Of a stretch of 64,000 nucleotides of DNA, positions 39,420 to 53,185 are shown piece after piece. This DNA is from Stegostoma tigrinum (lineage: Eukaryota): NCBI RefSeq assembly GCF_030684315.1, contig NC_081354.1, forward strand, positions 28,948,226 to 29,012,225, given 5' to 3'. Under the pieces are notes generated by a model. That model was not told where the DNA came from and ran no database searches. It worked only from the letters and a program-made list of their open reading frames with translations. Position 1 is the stretch's first letter, and every line of letters starts with the position of its first letter. Position numbers and translations under genes: made by a program.

Positions 39420-40312
39420 TCAGCACAGAAATAGGCCCTTTGGTCCAACTCATCAGCATCAGACATCCCAATGTGACCTAGTCCCATTTCTCAGCATTTG
39501 ATCTCTATGCCTCTAAACCTTCCCTTCCCACATACCTATCCAGATGCCTTTTAAATGTTGTAATTGTATGCACCTTCATCACTTTCTCAGGCAGCTGGTT
39601 CTATATATGCAGGAAAAAGTTACCTCTCAGGTCCTTTTCAAATCATTCCCCTCTCACCTTAAACCTATGCCTTCTAGTTTTGGACTCTCCCATCCTAGGA
39701 AAATGACATTGACTTTTCATCCCATCCATGGCCCTCATGTTTTTATAAACATCTGAAAGATCACATCTCTGCCACCAACACTCCAAGGAAATAAAGCCCC
39801 AGCCTATTCAGCCTCTCCCTAAAGTTCAAACCCTCCAGTCCCAGTAACATCCTCGTAAATCTTTTCTCGAGTTTAACATCCTTCCTAAAGAAAGGCAACC
39901 AGAATTATATTAAGTATTCTAAAAATGGCCTCACCAATGTCCTGTTCGGCCATAACGCAACTGTATACTCGGTGTACTAACCGATGAAGGCCAGTGTGCC
40001 AAACACCACCTTCATCATCCCAACTACCTGTGACTCTACTTCCAAGGAACTATGCACTTGCATTCCTAAGAGTCTTTGTTCAGCAACACTCTTCAGAACC
40101 TCATCATTAACTATATAAGTGCTGCCCTGGTTTGCCTTACTAAAATGCAACACCTCACATGTAAGTAAATTGACCTCCATCTGCCACCCATTTGCCCATC
40201 TAATCAAGGTCCTGTTGTACTCAGATAATCATCTTCCCTGTCCACTATACCACCTATTCTGGTGTCATCTGAAAACTTACGAACCATACCTCATATATTC
40301 ACATCCAAATCA
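39420..40312 (-). mobile_element. CR1/HER1 3' fragment
   Basis: WANGWQMEVNLLTCEVLHFSK. Confidence 0.8.
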
Positions 40313-40920
40313 ATGAGCATTTTTCAAACATGAGATAGGTTTCTACGTATTAAAAACCTTGACAGATGTGGGGAACAATGTAGGAAAATGCCGCTAAATA
40401 GAATGACCTCACTCAATGGCAAAGTAGGCTCAAAAGGGCTGGGTGGCTTACTTCTGTACCTATTGCTTATGTTGTATGTTCTCTGCCAGCAAGGCTGAAG
40501 GAGGCCAGAAAGTCTGGTCTGGTACAATTCAGTAGAATGTTTTCCTGTTCTACCACAACAATAGGAAGAAAAAATTAAAAGTGATCTTTTGCTTAACACA
40601 ACAGCTCCAAATTCAAATTGAGATGAGAATGAAAATCTGCATATACTCATCATGAAAATTTAACCAAGTACTGCATATCTTTATTACAGCATGAAAACAA
40701 AACACATTTTCACAAAGTATAAAAATGTTACAAATTACTTAAAGAATTATTTAACTGCAGAAAAATATCAAGAAAGACTGAATAAAACAGCAGCAACAGG
40801 ACACAACAATGAGTATGACCATTAGAAAAACAGTCAAACTATCTCTAGGAGCCAGGGCAAACTCTGCAGCAACGAACAACACTATTCCCATTTGTATCTC
40901 ATTCACTATAAAGCACAAAC

Positions 40921-41122
40921 CCATTTGCTTTGAGTACAATCTCTATGCTTGGCTTGAACCCATTGAGCCAATGGGTTCAAGGACACAGGCTCATGATCTT
41001 TCTCCAAGAAGATGTGGAAAGTAGGTGGGCTGTAACTATTGGCAACTGCCTCCAGTGAAAGGTCAATTACTGACAGCATCCCTGGAGGATCATCGTCTGC
41101 AACTGGGCTTTGCAAAGCCTCT
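40921..41122 (-). CDS. Candidate exon of unidentified host gene (EALQSPVADDDPPGMLSVIDLSLE...QSKW)
   Basis: Acceptor ttatttatactacatag, 67 open codons in non-repeat sequence, donor TGG|gtttgt. Confidence 0.5.
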
Positions 41123-42100
41123 CTATGTAGTATAAATAATGGAAGCTGACTTTAGCTACACGTCCTGCACGAGTCTAGATTATGCTAGAGTAGTTGGTGA
41201 AGAATTGACAATATTTAAATCTGGCAATGGTGTAAAAATACTGTTGCAAGCAATTTTTCAACTGCCCAAACAACAAAATTGTTTGTAAGGTAAAAGGTGG
41301 CCATGTTTCATCAGTAAAGAGGGCTCCCTGGGTAATTGAAAAGAGGCTGTCTTTGGTCTCGCACCCTCCAACCCCATGGTGGTACCAAAAATGAACGCTA
41401 CAGTTCCAACCCAACACTGCCTGTCCCATCCTCCTTTAACCACAATAGGAACATCGCCTCCTCATCCTCCTGCTTAGTCACCATATAACTGCCTGGTACA
41501 GCTCCCAATTCTCAAGGGGCTCTGGTCCACTAAACTGAACCAACAAAAGGTTATCAATGTTCAGCATGTTAATTTGCCATCTTTTTGATCTTCACATTCA
41601 ATGCATATAGAAAAAAGGTCATTCAAAAGTGCTCACCTTCAACATGAATATCCACTACGCAGCTGGAAAAGATTTTGAACATGCAGCCACTGAAACACAC
41701 GCATTTCACAGATCTCAAATATCCCTTCCCACTTTGTTATCTTTAAGCATTGACTAATCTCTGGATAAATCAGGGGGATTATATGCTCAAATGGGTTTCA
41801 CCAACAAAGTTCTAACAGCCATAAGGACATCAATACACCACCCTATGGAAACCATGTCAATCTTGCCTTCATGGATGAGAAAATTATTTCAGAAAGAGAG
41901 CATCTGCAGCCATCCGTATGTGTTCTCGTGTAATCTTTTCTGCTTTTTGCTCTGGGTCAAACAAAAATAACAGAGTCACTTAAATTGATTACTCTGTGAA
42001 ACCTCTTTTTCTGCATTCAACTGTTCTCTCCAGCATCTATAAAGCTGTGGCATTCATCTTAATGGAAAGGCTGACTCCCAACGCATTTGAAGTATCTTAC

Positions 42101-42129
42101 TTGTCCTTGGTTCCACTTAGAGCAAACAA
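42101..42129 (-). CDS. Candidate 29-nt exon (LFALSGTKD)
   Basis: Acceptor ttattttgttaatcag, donor CAA|gtaaga; phase 0 to 2 links exon 48677-48775 to exon 40921-41122 in frame. Confidence 0.35.
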
Positions 42130-43989
42130 CTGATTAACAAAATAACCTTATTTCACCAAAAGCAAGAGGTTTATATTTTAGCAAAGGAGTTTTGAATTGA
42201 ATTCTTAATATTCTGCCTTGGTCAGCTCATTTGTAATCGTGTTCTTGCCAATGGAGAATGTTGTGAGGGCCTCTGTCACCACCTGCATGCACTGTGCTTA
42301 TCGTCTAATGAGCTATCATCTTGGAAGTTCCTGACAGCTGCTCACACCTTCACTTCAAGCAGAACACTCCACATCACATCCTTCCTTTGAAGTTCTACAG
42401 ATGCTTTCTAACTTCCTGGGGCATTTGTCTGTGGTAAAGTGTGTTTGCAGAAAACTGTTAATTACCTTTTTACTGCATTGATGAATAAGTTTACTAAATT
42501 ATAGGAAAACATTTTGTCTAATCTTAAAGTTCATTTAAGGTTATTTTAAAAGGTTGCTCACCTCTCAGTGCTGTACTTTAATTGAATTATTACAGCCTTT
42601 TTTACAGTTGCATGTAGTTGTTGAGGAACAAGGCCATTGGATACCATGCTGACAAGGTCTCATTACTGAGATATCACCATAGTGTCCTTCCCAAATGCAA
42701 ACTGTAATCTGAATGGTGAAGTCACAGTTCAATCATCATTGTGCACAATAATTTACATCACATCAAATTTCAGACCAATTAACTTAGACTCACGGGTTGT
42801 GGATGAGACCATTGATCTAATATTACAGAAATCACCAAGTTAAAACTTGAAATATGGATATTGATCAACATTGCTCAAAAAATTTGATCCTAAACATTTC
42901 AATTCCCAATTCTCTGATTTGACTGGTGCTTGATAATTCAATTTATTTAAGTTAATTTGTGAATAGACGATTGATGCTCAGTAAACCCTTGCAAGGATGC
43001 AATACATTAATTTACCCTTTTTGCGTTGATAAATATATACTCAAAACAAATGCACTGCAAAAAAAGCAGGCTGTTTGTTTTTAAGAAGAAATCAATATTT
43101 TCGGGCATATCATGACACACCCTAGGCCTTGAATCAATTGACCCTAAAGTAGAGACATAACCACTGTGCCCCAAGTCAGTTTACTGGTTACAGAATAAAT
43201 CAATGTGGTCTTTCAAACTGCTTTAACATCCCAGCTATATCAATTCTTCACTGTAGTAAAGCAGGAGACAGTCAGGCTAGTCCCAGCCTAATCCTGATAA
43301 TTTCCGGTATTCTTTTGTTACACAATCAACAGAAGCAGTACAAAGGCAGAAGAGGCCATCAACAAGGTCAACTAAAACCAGATAGAAAGTAAATTGGCTT
43401 GCAATTTCAGCAGGAAACCATTGGATGGGAAGCGTCTGGCAGCAAAGCTGGATAAACAATAAATGGAGCTCATTGAGAACTTTTCAGATCTTGCAACATC
43501 CAATGTGAAAATACAATTTTGAGGTAAATGAAAAACAAAATGCTACAAACACACAATGATACAAGAAATTAAATGACTTTTCAGATTTGTGTGGTCTGTT
43601 AGAAATCCTGCTGGTGATTTGAAGGCTTCCACAAAAACAAGTGGCAATTCAGCAATTTACCAGAATATTTGCAGAAATGTTGGTATCCGAACGGTCACTT
43701 CCACTGACAGCATAATCTAGAGGGCCAACTTATCATGGTAAATAATTGTATGCGGACTGTTTGCAATTTGGTTTATTAAAGCCGGCTGCAAAAATAAGAT
43801 TTTGCAAACATTTAAGGGCTGTTTCCTTTGAAATTTTATTCCCATGCTACTAAATTTGTTCAAATTTAGGAACTATTGTTTTTAATTACATTGAACCAGA
43901 TTTAGAAACTATCTTCCATGCATCTGGGCCTTTACAAGAGGTTGACTTTATTTTTAATATCCTGGTAAAGTTCTGACCGTTTTACTCAC

Positions 43990-46820
43990 ACTAAATAGAA
44001 CTGTACAGCATCAAAACAGACCCTTGTTATGCCAACCAAATATCTTAAATTAATGTAGTCCCACTCGCTAGCATTTGGCCCATGTCCCTTCTTATTCATA
44101 TACCCATCCACACGGCTTTTAAATGTTGTAATAGTACCAGCCTCCACAACTTCCTGTGGCAGCTCATTCCACGAACGCACCACCCTCTACATGAAAAAGT
44201 TGCCCCTTAGGTCCCTTTTAAACTGTTCTCCTCTCATTTTAAACCAATGCCCTCTAGTTTTGGATCCACACGCACCCCAGGGAAAAGACCTGACTATTCG
44301 CCCTATCCATGCCGCTCATCATTTTATAAACCTCTATAAAGATCACCGCTAAGCCTCTAATACTCCAGGAAAAATACTTCCTACGTTCACATCTAAATCA
44401 TTTATATAAATGACAAAAAGAAGTGGAGCCAGCACTGATCCTTGTGGCACACCGCTGGTCATTAGCCTCCGGTCTGAAAGCAACCCTCCACCACCACCCT
44501 TTGTCTTCTACCTTCAAGCCAGTTCTGTAACCATATGCCTAATTGTCCCTCTATTCCATGGGATCTAACCTTGCTAACCAGCCTACTATAAGCAGCCTTG
44601 TCTAACGCCTTACTGAGGTCCATACAGATCACTTCCACTACTCTGCTCTCTTCAATATTCTTTGTAACTTCTTCAAACAACATGATCAAGTTTGTGAGAC
44701 ACGATTTCCCACACATAAAGCCATGTTGCCTTTCCAAATACATGTAAATTCTGTCCCTCAGGATCCATTTCAACAACTTGCCCACCAGTCTATAGTTCCC
44801 TGGCTTTTCCTTACCAATTTTCTTAAATAGTGGGACCATATTAGCCAACATCCAGTCTTCTGGCACCTCGCCTGTAGCTATCTATGGTACAAATATCTCA
44901 TCAACAGGCCTAACAATCTCTTCCCTAGCTTCCCACAGGGTTCTAGGGGACACCTAATCAGATCCCAGGAATTTATCCACCGTTATACATTTTAAGACAT
45001 CCAGCACCTCTTCCTTTGTAATATGGACATTTTTCAAGGTATCGCTTATTTACTTTCCCACCTTCTTTATGTTCCATATCTTTCTCTAGAGTAAACACTG
45101 ATGCAAAAAACCTTGTTTAGTATCTTCCTCCTTCTCCTGCAGTCCCACACATGGGTGGCCTTACTGTTCTTTGAGGGGGCCTATTCTTTCCCTGGTCATT
45201 CTTTTGTCCTTAACTACTTGTAGAAACTGAGATAACAAAGTGTGGAGCTGGATGAACACAGCAGGCCAAGGGGCATCTTGTAGAAACCCTTTGGATTCTC
45301 CTTAACTCTATTTGCCAAAACTATCTTGTGTCCCCTTTCTGTCCTCGTGATTTCACTCTTAAATAAACATACTGCCTTTATACTCTTCCAGGGATTCAGT
45401 CAATCCTTGCTGTCTAAACCTGCCATATGCTTTTTATTTTTGACCAAAACCTCAATTTTTCTCGTCATCCAGCATTCTCTACACCTATCGGCCTTACCCT
45501 TCACTCTAACAGGAAGCCATTGTCTATGGACTCTATCTTATTTTTGAAGGCTTCCCATTTTCAAGCCATCCCTTTACCTGCAAGTGTCCATCCCCAATCA
45601 ACTACTGAAAGTTCTTGCCTCATACCGTCAAAATTGGCCTCCCTCCAATTGAAATCTGGTCTTTTAGATCTGGCCTATCCTTTTCCATCACAAAACTAAT
45701 AGAATTATGGTCACTGGCCCCAAAGTGCTCCCTCACTGACACATCAGTCACTTGGCCAGGCTTATTTCCCAAGAGTGGGTCAAGTTTTGCTCCTTCTCTA
45801 ATTGGTACATCCACTTACTGAATCAGAAAATTTTCTTGTACATACTTAACAAATTCATCTCCATCTAAGCCCGTAACACTATGGCAGTCCCAGTCTATAT
45901 TTGGAAGTTAAAATTCCCTACCATAACCACCCTATTAATCTTATAGATAACTGTGATCTCTTTACAATTTGTTTCTCAAATTCAACTGACATTTTGGTGG
46001 GGGAATCTATAGTCCAATCCCAACAAGGTGATCATCCCTTTCTTACTTCTCAGTTCCACACAACTTCTGTGGACATATTCCTAGGAGTATCCTCCCCGAG
46101 TACAGCTGGAATATTGGCAATAATCACAAAAGGCCACTCCCCCTCCTCTCTTGGCCCTCTTTCTATTCTTTATAAAGCATCTATGCCCTGGAACATTAAG
46201 CAGACAGTCCGGTCCATCCCCGAGCCACGTCTCTGTAATTGTTATGATATGCTAGTCCCATGTTCCCAACCATGCCTGAGTTCATTTGCTTTACCTGTTA
46301 GGCCTCTTGCATTGAAATGAATGTAGTTTAATTTATCAGTCATATCTCGTTCTCTGCTTTGATCCTGCTTGCCCTGACTATTTTGACTTCGTCCTGTTCC
46401 CAACTGCACCAGTCTGAGACTGATCTCTTTTCACACAGTCTCCCTGGGTCCCACCATGGCCTCCCCACAACCCCCGCTTCTCCCGAGTGACTCTAGGAAA
46501 TCGCCCCACCAGTATATTAGCCCCTTCCAATTCTCATGCAATCTTTCCTTCTAGTCCAGGTCACTTATATCCCAGAAGATATTTCAATGATCCAAAAATG
46601 TGAATCCTTCTCCCCTGCATCAGTTTCTTAGCCATGCAATCATCAGCTCTATTATCCTACTCCTACCCTCACGAGCTGATAGCACTCAGTGATCCAGATA
46701 TTACCACCCTCCAGCACCTAATTTTTAAAATTTCTGCCTAACTTCCTACATTCTCTCCTTAGAGTCAGGTCCTTTTCTCTTCCTATGTCATTAGCTCCAA
46801 CGTATACAATGACGTGCTGC
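43990..46820 (-). mobile_element. CR1/HER1 LINE, internally deleted (ORF1 esterase end, endonuclease, RT start, 3' end)
   Basis: PEDWMLANMVPLFKK...NYR...QHGFMCGKSCLTNL...DLSKALDK; HFGASDHN; WNELPQEVVEA. Confidence 0.85.
45228..45276 (-). mobile_element. 49-bp PLE-terminus insertion inside CR1
   Basis: gagataacaaagtgtggagctggatgaacacagcaggccaag; TSD CTTGTAGAAAC at 45217-45227 and 45277-45287. Confidence 0.85.
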
Positions 46821-48676
46821 TGTGCTCATATATTGTCTTAAAATAAAACTTTTCTGATACACTTCTTTGAAGACAATCTTATTAAACAGTATTTCATCGT
46901 CAACACAAGCTTTTAGAATATTACTCTTGGATGATTTTGTTAATGGTAACAAAGGCAATCAAGCGTTATGGGGATAAGGCAGGAACAGGATACTGATTGT
47001 GGATGATCAGCCATGATCATAATGAATGGTGGTGCTGGCTCGAAGGGCTGAACGGCCTACTCCAGCACCTATTGTCTATCGTCTATTGTCTATTTATGCT
47101 ATTTCAGGATTCAGATCAAGGCAACAGATTTCTGGCAACTGAACGATTTAAATTCCATGGTATGGTCAAAATCCTATTGTTTCAGTGGGGATTGAATTCA
47201 GTGATTCTGAGAACCATATACAAGTGACTGCTAATTTAACATATCCCTTCAGCTTCATAAAGGAATTTTTCATCTTTTTGCATTTTAAAACCAAGCACAG
47301 ACAACAAAATGCAACATGATACAGGGAGGTAAATCATATTAGCAGGCTCTTACTAACACCATGAACTGACACTAAATGTTGGTGCCAGTTAAAAAATATA
47401 ATTAGAACAAGGATGGGATGCTGGAGTTTACCAGATTGAGGTGGCCAATTACTGTCCATCAATACCATGACAGTCATCCTCAGATTTGACAGAATGGTGC
47501 AAGAAAACCAGACTTAGATTCCAGGGGTCGAATGACAGAAGCTGTAGAATCTCGGACTTGGCAGCATCAGTGTGCAGGTTTTTTGAGATCACTGTAAGCA
47601 TTGCTTTGATAACTTTGACATTCAAACATATTGGTCTCTCAAAATCTGTCACTGACTAGAACACCTACATTTTCTATTGATCATGGAATTTTCAGTCATC
47701 ATTTCCCACCAGTGACCTCACTGAAAAGCTGACAGCCAAAACTTCTGTCAACTCAGCAAGATTTCATCATAAGTGTGGAAACCAAACCCTCATCCACTGT
47801 TCCACAATGCTATTGATTGATTTATCTTCTGAATTTAACTTACAAAGGTTTCCACCAAAATGCAAGCATATTTGACTTAGTGTGTGCAATAAGAACTTGT
47901 GACATAAGAGGTGAACTGGTTTTGCCTGTGTTGGGATTGCATGCTACAATGATGAACTTATTTAAGATACTGATAAAGAAATAAGCGTATACTGTCGGAG
48001 CTCTTTTAGTGATCCGTTCTTTGGATAAACATTAACCCAAGCCTCCAAAAAGCAGCACATTATTTCTAAGCCTATTAGCTAATCACGGATGACGTGGATG
48101 ACAAAATTTGAAACTTCCTCAGGTGTGGCTAAGATAAAAATTGTTAGGTTGATTTAAGCGTGTCAAAAATATTTTTTGGAAATCATTTCTAAAGTTAAAT
48201 TATTTTACCTTGACAGGTGTTACCTTTTTAAAAAATCCAATTTGCATTATTGGAAAAAAATAGACAAATTTGTTGGCCAAGTAGTACTGTCAATGTTTAT
48301 TCAATACATGAAACAGAAACAAAAATATTTAAAATGTCATAAACAGAAAAACAAATATGCAAGGTTAGCAATTTTGTTAAACAGTCATTTTGAAAGTACC
48401 AAAGCCACTAACATTATAGAGAAATTTGCAAACCATCATTCCCTTGTAAAAGCTAAGCATCGATTCTAAACGGAGCTCATCCATGGATTATACAAATAAA
48501 CATTCTACACAACAAAAATCAAAATACAAACATTACCAATTCCCAGTTCTCCATTTTGCAATGAAACAACTCATTAATACTCTACATTTTTCATCAGTGG
48601 CATTTTTAGCAGCACAACAATCAAACCGAAGTTAATTATTCTCGCACCGGGCATTCACACAGATAATCCATCATAC

Positions 48677-48775
48677 CCACTCAGAGCTAAGAAATTTTAC
48701 TGCAGCACTTCTTTCAGAGTTATTGCAGTTCTTGGCTCTCCACAACTGTAATTGATATTTTTTAGCAAAGTGCTC
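48677..48775 (-). CDS. Candidate exon of unidentified host gene (EHFAKKYQLQLWRAKNCNNSERSAAVKFLSSEW)
   Basis: Branch-like gctaat plus acceptor tcatttatttcacag, donor TGG|gtatga, 99 nt, only one frame open, in phase with the upstream exon. Confidence 0.65.
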
Positions 48776-49053
48776 CTGTGAAATAAATGAAGCATTAGCT
48801 GCATCTGGCAACATTCTGTGAACAACATTCATAAAAGACAAAACAGCATTTCCTTTAGATATCTTCTGAGCAAATTTGGGTAAAAAGTAACTATTTTTTT
48901 CAATTATAAAGAAACACACTTTGGACATACATAAATTCACATTCTAGTTTCATTAAAAAATAAAGAATATAAAAACACAATTGCGTATAGTACTGAGGCT
49001 TCAAACTCATCTGCAACTCAAATACATGAATGTGAGGTAAAATGCTACATCAC

Positions 49054-49161
49054 CTCCCACGCTGTTTTTTGCTCTCTGTCATATCCTTTCTCCACTTCCA
49101 CTAACACTTCCATGTCCTGTTGGTCTTCCTTTTGATTGTTATGCTCACAGCATGTACATTG
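49054..49161 (-). CDS. Candidate exon (QCTCCEHNNQKEDQQDMEVLVEVEKGYDREQKTAWE)
   Basis: Acceptor ttgcctag, donor GAG|gtgatg, 108 nt phase 0/0, purine-rich coding-like composition, 278-nt intron to the next exon. Confidence 0.6.
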
Positions 49162-49294
49162 CTAGGCAACCAATCCAAGCATAATTTGCCTTGGCAACAT
49201 TAATTTTGCACAACAGACATCAAAATAAATGTGCATCTCACTGAGAATAACATTTGTATACAAGAAAATACATATCTTAATAGAAATACTGTAC

Positions 49295-49351
49295 CTTGAA
49301 AACATTAAATTTGCCTTCCAAAATATCAGGCTTAAACATATCAGAGATAGT
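49295..49351 (-). CDS. Candidate exon (TISDMFKPDILEGKFNVFK)
   Basis: Donor AAG|gtacag, phase 0/0, 133-nt intron to the next exon; acceptor weak (alternative in-frame acceptor before PDILEG). Confidence 0.4.
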
Positions 49352-51224
49352 CTATTACTCAAATTCATTAGTAGACACATTAAAATTTGAATCGACACAA
49401 TCAAATTTAATCATCATGGTGTGTATTTATTTTTTTCGACAATATTCTTCCCTTTCTTTCTCAACAGCATCAACTTTGCATTCAACAGACAGGAGGGATC
49501 TTTTAGGTCTTCCAAAAACAAGTGTTCATTTGCAAGACTCCACAGAAAAAGTAATCAGGCTATTCAACTGCTAGTGCATCACATGGGAAATCAGCCTGAC
49601 ATGCCATCAGTCAGAATGTATTTCAAGCCAGAGCGACTGGTTACGGATAAGGAATTCTGAACAATCCAAGACCAAAAAGGCAAATATGACACATCTCAAC
49701 CATTGTGCCAGATCTGATCAGCTATTTTGTCTGCATGAGTCAGCTGCCTAAACTCAAATATGGCACTGTAGCAGTATAATTTAAAATGAATACAGCATTG
49801 TATTTCACAAAAAAAGGAAATGCAAAGGGAATTTACCATAAAAATCTAATGTTTGCAGAATATATACATGTAGGAAAAAAAATTCACTTTCTTTTAACTT
49901 TAACGCACAAGTCCAAAGCTGAAGTCTAGTATTCTCTGCATTGTATGGCGGGCAGGCATCTTCAGAGGTGAGTTCTTGTTCTAATACACCAAGAAAGCTC
50001 TCTAATCAAGTCAAATAAACCACTCCAGTGCAGTGTGGCAGGCTTTTCAAAATATCAAGAACCTTGTCACAAATCCTGCCCCACCAGAGGCTGCTGGCCA
50101 GAGACAAGCAGCCAGACAGTGCTGGAAAGCAATGGCTGAAAGCAGTGGAGTTCCAGACTGTGCAGCCATGATAAGCTGTACCAACAAAATGATGAGTTTT
50201 TTTTGAGGGCTGGGGTTTTGCAGAGAAGGTCAAAGGCAAAGCAGGTGTAGCCTTCAATGGCTAACTTCTGGACCCTATCCATGCCATCAATTGCACCCAG
50301 ATGGAGGCCGATCCCAAACTCTTTAGGTAGAATGTCGTAGATTCCCTGTTGGGAAAGTAGCCACCTTTCTCATCTCCGAGGGTGCAAGTAATTAGGCTGG
50401 TGGCAAGTTGAGGTCCTCAAATGACCAATATAATTGCACACTTAAGGGCCTTAAATCAGAGACAAATTAGAAAGGTCACCAGTAGACCAACTGCCCAAAA
50501 GTTTATTGTTGAGGTCACAGGAAGCCATCTCACTAGTTCCCAATTTTTTGCCCTCCTGCCACCTTCTGAGGAGAGAAAAATCCCACAAAGAAACTGAGTT
50601 TCTTGAGACAGACATGACAAGCTTTAATTTTATATCAGTAAGGTCTCCCGATTCCAGTATCGTTGAAAAATTATACAATCTTTCTCTTGTACACAAAAGA
50701 GAATCCAGTTGCTTGCCATGACACTCCATCAGGTGGGAGAAAACAGTACCTACCTACCTTTAAATACTGAGTGCATGCTCATGAATAATATCCTTAACTG
50801 CATTTTATAAAAGAACTTATGAAAATTACCTAAATCAAAATTAGACATGAATGAAACACCATAATTAAAAGTACAAGGGAAAATAAGGGCAAGAAATAAG
50901 GTATACACTAAGCACAGAAGAAAGAATAACAAGGGACACTGCAGAGAGACATGATGGGAAGCCAAAAACCAAAATTAGCAAGACAAATAGGAATAATGAC
51001 ATTAAATTATAAAGGAATGTAAAATAAAAATGTAAGAAATGTTTCATGGGAAAAGGAAAAACACTAAGTCAGTATGGGAGTAAATTCATTAAAGAATGAT
51101 CAGGATAGAACAAATATTAAGTACTTGGCCTCACTGTTTACTGGGGAGGCTGACTAGGTAGACAGGACATTACAAGGTGAGATTAGACATAATATAACCG
51201 TCTTACTTATAATACAACAAATTG

Positions 51225-51830
51225 TTTATTAAATGTCTTTAATGTGATGCAACATTCCAAAACGCTTCACAGGTGCATGATAAAGCACAATATCATAATG
51301 AATCACATAAAGAGTATGTAAGTTAGATGACTTAAAATCTTGACTCAAAAGGTTATATTTTAATTGATTACAGGAGGAAACCATAATAGAGGAGCAGAGA
51401 GAAGTAGGGAAGGTGTGCCAGAGCTTGGGCAACTGCCAATGCAGCCATCAACAGTGGAGCAATTAAAATTGCTGAATAGATAAAGAGGCCAATATTTGAG
51501 GAGAGCAGATATCCTGGAGGGTGAGAGTCTGGTGGAGCTTACTGAGATAAAGGGAGACAAAGTCACGGAGGGATTTGAAAACAAATTGAGAATTTTAAAA
51601 TCAGCACGTTATTTGACTAGGAGCCAAAGTAGGTCAATGAGCCCAGGGTATCGGGGAATAGGACTTGCTGCAAATTAAGATTTGAAACCGAATTTTAAAG
51701 GTCCTCCAGCTTACAAATAGTAATATGTGAAAGACCACACAAGTGAGGTTTTCAACAGAAGCTGTGGCAGAGCAAAGGCCAATTATAACAGAGTTGAAAA
51801 TAAGTAGTTTTAATGACGCCATGAATGTGA
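51225..51830 (-). mobile_element. L2-type LINE 3' fragment
   Basis: Minus-strand tail gtgaagcgttttggaatgttgcatcacattaaagacattt; KILLLVFK-like text. Confidence 0.55.
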
Positions 51831-51849
51831 AAGAAAAGAAATACTAAAT

Positions 51850-53185
51850 CCAAACCAAACTCAGGATAAAACCCCCAATCCTGACAGATTATACGTGCAC
51901 ATCTTAAAAAGATTCTAGGGAAGAGGTACAAAGGCAGTACATTACATAAAAAGTACAGTACACTGCCAAGTGACGAGTGGATAGCTAATTTTATGCATCC
52001 AATTAATTACATGCCCAGCAAACTGTACATTAGTCAGTCTAACATCAATGATAATAATAGTATCCCTGCTGAAGGAGAAAAATGTAAGAAATCAAAAATA
52101 CAATGAAGTGTCAAACATGAATTTGACAAAATCTTGCTAGGTCAACCTCATTGAGTTCTTTCAAGAGACTACAAAGAAACAAAGACAACATACTGAAATC
52201 ATATATCTAGACTGTCATCAGCAGACTAATTAAGGAAGTCAAAGCACATGGACTCAGTGAACAAATATCACAACAGAAAACAGTGCTATAAAGGAATATT
52301 TGGAAACAAGAATCAAAATGCATTACAGGAGAAAGCAAATACTTTCAGGAGTACAAAATACAGAAATGCTTAAAAGCAGTGATATGGGACAACAAGACAG
52401 CCACAAAACAAAGCAAACTGTTGAATTTGTTTCTAGACAGATGGACTTGAAAAGTAAGACTTTCCATTAAACTTGTGTGAAATCTTGGTTAGACCACACC
52501 TGGAGTATTATACACACTTCTGGTCAGAAGGCTGTGGGATAGTGGGATTTACAGGTCCTCATGCATGAATCACAAAATGTTAGTATCCAATTTCAGTGCA
52601 TAACAGGGAAGATAAATGGAATGTTGGCCTTTGTTTAAAAGGGAATAGAGAATACGGAGGATCTTGCTAAAACTATACAAGACATTAGTCAAATCACAGC
52701 TGGAAATATGAATAGTTTTCATCCCTTACACAAGGAAGGATATCCTGACATCAGAGGAAGTTCAGAGAAGATTCACTAGGTTGATTCCGAGTAAGGGATT
52801 TCCTTAAGAAGAGAGATTGTATAAGTTACACCAGTACCCATTTAGAAAAATAGCAGGTGATCTTATGGAAATACAAAAGATTCTTACAGGGCTTGACGGG
52901 GTAGATGCAGAGAGATTGTCTCCCTCGTGGGAGAGTTTAGAACCCAAGGGTATAATCTTAGAGTAAGACGAGATGGGAGATTTTTTCTTCTCAGGGTAGA
53001 CCTTTACTCCAGAAGGCTGCAAAGGCTGGGTTGGTAAGAATATTCAAGGCTGTGATGGTCATATTTTTAATGAGTAAGAGAATCAAGGGGTATGGGCACA
53101 AGGCAGGACAGTGGCATTGATTAAAGACTGACCATGATATTACCAAATGCTGAGAAAGACACAGTGGGCTGAATGGCATACTTAA
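51850..53185 (+). mobile_element. Old CR1 fragments
   Basis: ttggttagaccacacctggagtat (LVRPHLEY), gttcagagaagattcactagg (VQRRFTR), 3' UTR. Confidence 0.7.

Noticed and set aside
41637-41951. Additional exon-like segments (41637-41689 and one starting ~41951)
   Set aside because: Phases do not fit the neighbouring candidate exons without stops or non-standard sites.
47449-47652. Protein-like 67-aa minus-strand ORF
   Set aside because: Weak splice signals and phase not needed to link flanking exons; unsupported.
49837-49845. Possible 9-nt microexon (ag|ATTTTTATG|gtaaat) on the minus strand
   Set aside because: Such short patterns arise by chance; needs junction reads.
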